From an uncultured Trueperaceae bacterium (GTDB taxonomy: Bacteria; Deinococcota; Deinococci; Deinococcales; Trueperaceae), in assembly GCA_963799485.1 (NCBI GenBank), contig CAWCXJ010000006.1:64001-128000 (forward strand): a stretch of DNA of 64,000 bases. Direction: 5' to 3'. Below, in pieces: positions 60,032 through 64,000 of this stretch (positions are counted from its first letter, which is position 1; every line of letters begins with the position of its first letter). A program made the translations under genes and the position numbers. Under the pieces are notes generated by a model, which saw only the letters and a program-made list of their open reading frames with translations, did not search any database and had not been told where the DNA came from.

Positions 60032-60868
60032 TTGAAGAATTTTGACGAATTAGCCGACCCAAAAGAAAGTTTTTCCAAACGCAAAGACCGCCGTAAACCC
60101 AGGGGGCGGCGCTCGGTCAATCAGCTTCGTACGAGTGTCGGCTTCGACGACGCCGGACTGCAAGGGTTACTCGAGCGCGGCCTCATCACCGAACTCGTTG
60201 GCGAGCTTAAAAGCGGCAAGGAAGCCACCGTTTATCTTGCCCGTGGCCCGGGGGGACTCATGGCCGCCAAACTCTACCGCGACGCCGCCGTGCGCTCGTT
60301 CAAGAACGACGGGCACTACCGCGAAGGGCGCTTTATCAGCGACGCCCGCGTGAAAAAAGCCATCGAACAGCGGAGCAAAACGGGCGTAAGTGCGCAGCAG
60401 GCGCTCTGGGTGATGCACGAATATACCCAGCTCTGGGCGCTCTATGAGGCCGGCATACCCGTCCCGAAGCCGCTCGTCGGCCCCGGCGCAGACGACTGTG
60501 CCCGCGCGGGCCGCGTTGTGCTGATGGACTTTATCGGTAACGACGAGGGGGCCGCGCCGCGCCTCGCCGACCTGCGCTTAAGCCCGGAGGAAGCTGAAGC
60601 CGCCTTTTCCCAGAGCGTCGAACTGCTCGGCGCGCTACTCAAACTCGGCAAAGTCCACGGCGATTTTTCAGCCTACAACCTGCTCTGGTGGGAGGGCCGG
60701 GTCATCGTTATCGACGTGCCGCAGATGGTCGAGGTGCGCGAAAATCCGCACGCTGCCGGGCTGTTAGCGCGCGACGTTACGTCGCTTTGCCGTTCACTTA
60801 AAGGTATCCGCGCCGACCCCGGTAAGGTTTTGATAAACGTAAAACGGCTTGCCGCACACCCTATGTGA
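60032..60868 (+). CDS. RIO1-family Ser/Thr kinase
   Basis: LKSGKEATVY, AAKLY, VHGDFSAYNLL, IDVPQ; TTG start after GGAGGGG. Confidence 0.92.
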   Translation: MKNFDELADPKESFSKRKDRRKPRGRRSVNQLRTSVGFDDAGLQGLLERGLITELVGELKSGKEATVYLARGPGGLMAAKLYRDAAVRSFKNDGHYREGRFISDARVKKAIEQRSKTGVSAQQALWVMHEYTQLWALYEAGIPVPKPLVGPGADDCARAGRVVLMDFIGNDEGAAPRLADLRLSPEEAEAAFSQSVELLGALLKLGKVHGDFSAYNLLWWEGRVIVIDVPQMVEVRENPHAAGLLARDVTSLCRSLKGIRADPGKVLINVKRLAAHPM

Positions 60869-61100
60869 CGCAACTTTGTATAATCCAGTGCGTAGCGCAA
60901 ACAGTGCCTAAAAACACAATACTTTGTCACCGAGGCGCAAATCCTTTTGGTGACTTTTCAGTATGGTATTGCTACGGCACATGGAGGGGCACGGCCTCTA
61001 GGTTTCGGCGGCTACTGCGTGTTACTGCACTGTATTACTACACCGTGTCCGCTCACGCTGTCTTCGGGCGTTTTAAGACCCAAGCTACAAGGAGGATTTT

Positions 61101-61547
61101 ATGGCAGATACGAACGATACGATCAAAGCGCTGAACTACCTGATCGGTACCTGCATCGACGGTGAGAACGGCTACCGCGAAGCTGCTGAAGAGGCAGGCA
61201 GCAGCGAGCTGAAAACGCAGTTGGCCCGGTTCGGTCAGCAGCGCACGCAGTTCCGCGGCGAGCTGGAGCAAGAGGTTATTCGTTTGGGCGGCGACCCCAA
61301 AGAGAGTGGCAGCGCCGGGGCCAGCTTGCACCGCACCTGGCTGAACGTCCGTGACGCTGTCACGGGCAAGGGCGACGCCGCCATTATTAAAGAGAGTCAG
61401 CGCGGCGAAAAAGTGGCGCTCGACAACTACGACGATGTTTTGGGTCGTGACTTGCCCGCCGACCTGACCGAAACCGTAAAACGCCAGCGCGACGCCATTG
61501 CGCACGTTTACGGCGAACTCGAGGAGTTGGAAAAAGTCTCCAGCTAA
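61101..61547 (+). CDS. PA2169/DUF2383 four-helix-bundle (ferritin-like) protein
   Basis: LNYLI...DGENGY.EAAE, LGGDP..SGS..ASLHRTW, E..RGE..ALDNY. Confidence 0.88.
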   Translation: MADTNDTIKALNYLIGTCIDGENGYREAAEEAGSSELKTQLARFGQQRTQFRGELEQEVIRLGGDPKESGSAGASLHRTWLNVRDAVTGKGDAAIIKESQRGEKVALDNYDDVLGRDLPADLTETVKRQRDAIAHVYGELEELEKVSS

Positions 61548-61584
61548 GTCTCTAGCTAAAAAAGTTCATACCGGAGGTAACGCC

Positions 61585-62022
61585 ATGGCTACCGTAGCTG
61601 CAATTTTCGACGATTCTGACGCGCTCGAGAAGGCCGTAAACGCGCTGCAAAGCGCCGGTCTGGGCGACGACATCACCGAGGTTGCTGAAAATACGCATTC
61701 GGACACTGCCCCTGAAGCGAGCAGAAGTGCCGACGACGCGGAAACAGCCGAAGCCGGCGCGATTCCCATCGCGGGTGCAGGTCTCGCCGGGGGTGGTGCG
61801 GTCGGCGGGCGCGGCGCGGCGCCGCTCGGCGGCTTGAGCATTTTCGGCGGCGACAACGATCCGACCGACGGTCAGCTAGACAAGCTCGGGGGCGACGCCG
61901 AACCGTTCCGGCAAGCCCTCGAGCACGGCGGCAAGGTCTTGATGTTAGAGACCAGCGACGTAAACACTGCCGTCTCGACGCTGCAGAGCGCGGGCGCACA
62001 AAGGGTTTACGACCCACGTTAA
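61585..62022 (+). CDS. Hypothetical acidic/Gly-rich protein (general stress protein-like)
   Basis: GGAGG RBS; VAAIFDD..ALEKAVNALQSAG...ALEHGGKVL. Confidence 0.65.
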   Translation: MATVAAIFDDSDALEKAVNALQSAGLGDDITEVAENTHSDTAPEASRSADDAETAEAGAIPIAGAGLAGGGAVGGRGAAPLGGLSIFGGDNDPTDGQLDKLGGDAEPFRQALEHGGKVLMLETSDVNTAVSTLQSAGAQRVYDPR

Positions 62023-62044
62023 AAAGTACGCTTCAAACACAGCA

Positions 62045-62074
62045 AAAAAGGGCTCGAGTCTCGAGCCCTTTTCT
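62045..62074. terminator. Bidirectional rho-independent terminator
   Basis: AAAAAAGGGCTCGAG-T-CTCGAGCCCTTTT between convergent genes. Confidence 0.8.
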
Positions 62075-62090
62075 TAATTACTGCTGCGCG

Positions 62091-62492
62091 CTACTCTTTG
62101 GCCCCTTCGCTTAAAAACGCTGCCGAATCGTAGTAGGTACGAAAACTCTTGACCTTTTCGTCCTCGAAGCCGAGCGAGCTGACCCCTTTGTAGTGAATCG
62201 CCTTGCCGCTTGCGAGCTCGCCCTGCGATTCCCACTCGAGCACCGCCCCGTCGTCGTCTTCGGTGACGTTGTAAAACTCGGTAGAGATTTCGTTAAAGGG
62301 CTCCAAATATTCGCCCCAAAACTTCTCGGCGTCGGCCTTGCCTTCGTAAGTCTTGTGTGTGAGCCGCTCCAAGGTGGCGTCATCAGAGAAAAGCGCGACG
62401 ATGCCAGCCGGGTTTTGGCTCGACTCAAGGTCTTGAAGCGCGTCCATAAAAGCTTGCGTGCGTTCGGTCGCCGTTGTTTTCATGAGACTCAT
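62091..62492 (-). CDS. SnoaL-like/NTF2-fold protein
   Basis: LFSDDA, AVLEW, YKGVS, FRTYYD. Confidence 0.85.
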   Translation of the reverse strand: MSLMKTTATERTQAFMDALQDLESSQNPAGIVALFSDDATLERLTHKTYEGKADAEKFWGEYLEPFNEISTEFYNVTEDDDGAVLEWESQGELASGKAIHYKGVSSLGFEDEKVKSFRTYYDSAAFLSEGAKE

Positions 62493-62555
62493 TCTAAAGC
62501 TGTCACGAGCGGCCTTTTAGTTCTAGCCCTACAGTTTTGGGCTTCTCGGTACCTT

Positions 62556-63332
62556 TTAGCCCTGAAGCAGCGACTGCGCGCCGTCGATCCAGACTTCGGT
62601 GCCGGTGATGTGGCTCGCGGCGTCCGACGCCAGAAACAGCACGAGCTGCGCGACCTGCTCGGACTTGCCGGGTTGACCGCCGGTCAAGGGCACTTTCCCT
62701 CCCGGAAACTCGACCTTGACGCCGACGCCACTGCCCTTTTGCTCGGTGTTGTCGTCGATTTCGGTGTCGATAGCACCCGGACAGATGACGTTGACACGGA
62801 TTTTTTGGGGGGCCAGCTCGAGCGCCAGCATCTTGGTCAGTGCCACCTGCGCCGCCTTGGTACTCGCATACGCCGACGCACCCGAATTGGAAAACATCCG
62901 CGTACCGTTGACCGACGCCGTAACGACCACCGAACCACCCTGCTTTTTAAGGTGCGGCACCGTGTGTTTGATGGTCAGAAACGTCCCGACGAGATTGATA
63001 TCGACCGTTTTGCGAAAATCTTCCTCGCTTAAGTCTTCGATTCCGGCCCAGGTGCCGTTGACCCCGGCGTTGGCAAACACCACGTCGAGCCGACCATATT
63101 TTGAAACCGTCTCGTCGATTGCCTTTTTTAAGGTTTCACTGTCGCTGATGTCGGCTTCAAGCGCCGTCGCCTCCCCGCCCGCATCCTCAATTTCCTGAAC
63201 GACCTGCTCGAGTTCTTCTTTTGTCCGGCTGATGAGCACGACCTTCGCACCCTCGCGCGCCAAAAGCCGACCCGCCGCTTCACCGATGCCCGACCCGCCA
63301 CCTGTTATAAACGCAACTTTGTCTTTTAACAT
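62556..63332 (-). CDS. SDR oxidoreductase
   Basis: TGGGSGIG, FANAG, AYASTK, IRVNVICPG, ITGTEVWIDG. Confidence 0.93.
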   Translation of the reverse strand: MLKDKVAFITGGGSGIGEAAGRLLAREGAKVVLISRTKEELEQVVQEIEDAGGEATALEADISDSETLKKAIDETVSKYGRLDVVFANAGVNGTWAGIEDLSEEDFRKTVDINLVGTFLTIKHTVPHLKKQGGSVVVTASVNGTRMFSNSGASAYASTKAAQVALTKMLALELAPQKIRVNVICPGAIDTEIDDNTEQKGSGVGVKVEFPGGKVPLTGGQPGKSEQVAQLVLFLASDAASHITGTEVWIDGAQSLLQG

Positions 63333-63401
63333 AAAAACCTCCTGCCTCTATGCTAAAAAGCCGTAGGGTTACAAACTGAAAGATGCCCCACAGGTATGCG
63401 T

Positions 63402-63830
63402 TTAGTTGGGATGAATTTGGGCGGCGCGGGCTTCTTGCTCGAGGCTGATTTCGTAATAAGCACGGAAAAAATTGCGGGTGCGGGCAAGTCCCAAAAGCCA
63501 TTCTCCAAGATAACGAAGCCAAAAACCGAGACTTGTATACCGCCGGTACTGCGTCACATGGCACGCTTCGTGCGCCACCGTCACCGTAAACTGCGGGTGC
63601 CGTAAAAGCTCCGGGGTGACCAGCACCGTTTCGCCCCACGTTTGCGCCGAGGCCCGGAAGCCGAAAGCGGGCAGTACCGGGACTTCGTAAAGCTGAACGT
63701 CTAAACGCCGTCCGCCCAGAAAAAGACCGAAGAGTACCCCGAAACGCGTTGCTAAAAAGGGACGCTGAGTTAGCAGCTCGAGGCCGACAGTCAAAATCAG
63801 CAGCAGGAACATCCAAATCATCACTGTCAC
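63402..63830 (-). CDS. DUF4157-like HExxH protein with N-terminal TM
   Basis: [23 protein letters not shown]. Confidence 0.7.
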   Translation of the reverse strand: MTVMIWMFLLLILTVGLELLTQRPFLATRFGVLFGLFLGGRRLDVQLYEVPVLPAFGFRASAQTWGETVLVTPELLRHPQFTVTVAHEACHVTQYRRYTSLGFWLRYLGEWLLGLARTRNFFRAYYEISLEQEARAAQIHPN

Positions 63831-63848
63831 ACACCCTATAATGCCCGT

Positions 63849-64000
63849 ATGCCACGCCCCTGCATTATCTTAGACTGCGACCCCGGTCACGACGACGCGC
63901 TCGCGCTCCTGTTTGCCGTAAAACACTGCGACCTGCTAGGCGTCACGACCGTCAGCGGCAACGCGCCGCTTACCGACACCACGCGCAACGCCCTGTTGAC
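63849..64000 (+). CDS. Nucleoside hydrolase (5' part only)
   Basis: [20 protein letters not shown]...[14 protein letters not shown] 6 nt before ATG. Confidence 0.9.
   Translation, partial: MPRPCIILDCDPGHDDALALLFAVKHCDLLGVTTVSGNAPLTDTTRNALL

Noticed and set aside
62193..63032. 279-aa plus-strand ORF
   Set aside because: Antisense shadow of the SDR and SnoaL genes

Overview
GC-rich bacterial chromosomal segment, most consistent with Deinococcota (Truepera-like). This is inferred from gene content (bshC, rapZ-yvcK) and from many apparently leaderless TANNNT-N5-7-start genes. Left part: two divergent sugar loci. One is a DeoR-linked amino-sugar-type ABC/SIS/amidohydrolase operon with several frameshifts at ~1.9-3.7 kb. 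The other is a LacI-controlled xylan/beta-glucoside locus (ABC transporter, GH1, GH10, GH43) with a clear sigma70 promoter and two identical operators. Middle part (23.7-36.6 kb) is an accessory zone with IS701, IS630 and IS200/605-end remnants (plus an IS110 fragment at 20.2 kb), a GH3 glucosidase, a GemA-like gene and a compact three-gene operon. That operon encodes an XPB helicase, a 94-aa protein resembling TFIIH p8/Tfb5, and a 912-aa protein with p52/Tfb2-like clutch repeats and a C-terminal WYL domain. It is flanked by a 10-bp direct repeat and is the best candidate for an under-described system (a bacterial XPB-p8-p52 module). Right part: mostly housekeeping genes, an ATP-grasp/alpha-E/double-transglutaminase operon, and a RIO1 kinase preceded by a candidate leader peptide. 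CTCGAG and GCCGTAAA/TTTACGGC look strongly over-represented across the window, and short (10-16 bp) tandem duplications are common. No rRNA, tRNA or CRISPR array was seen.
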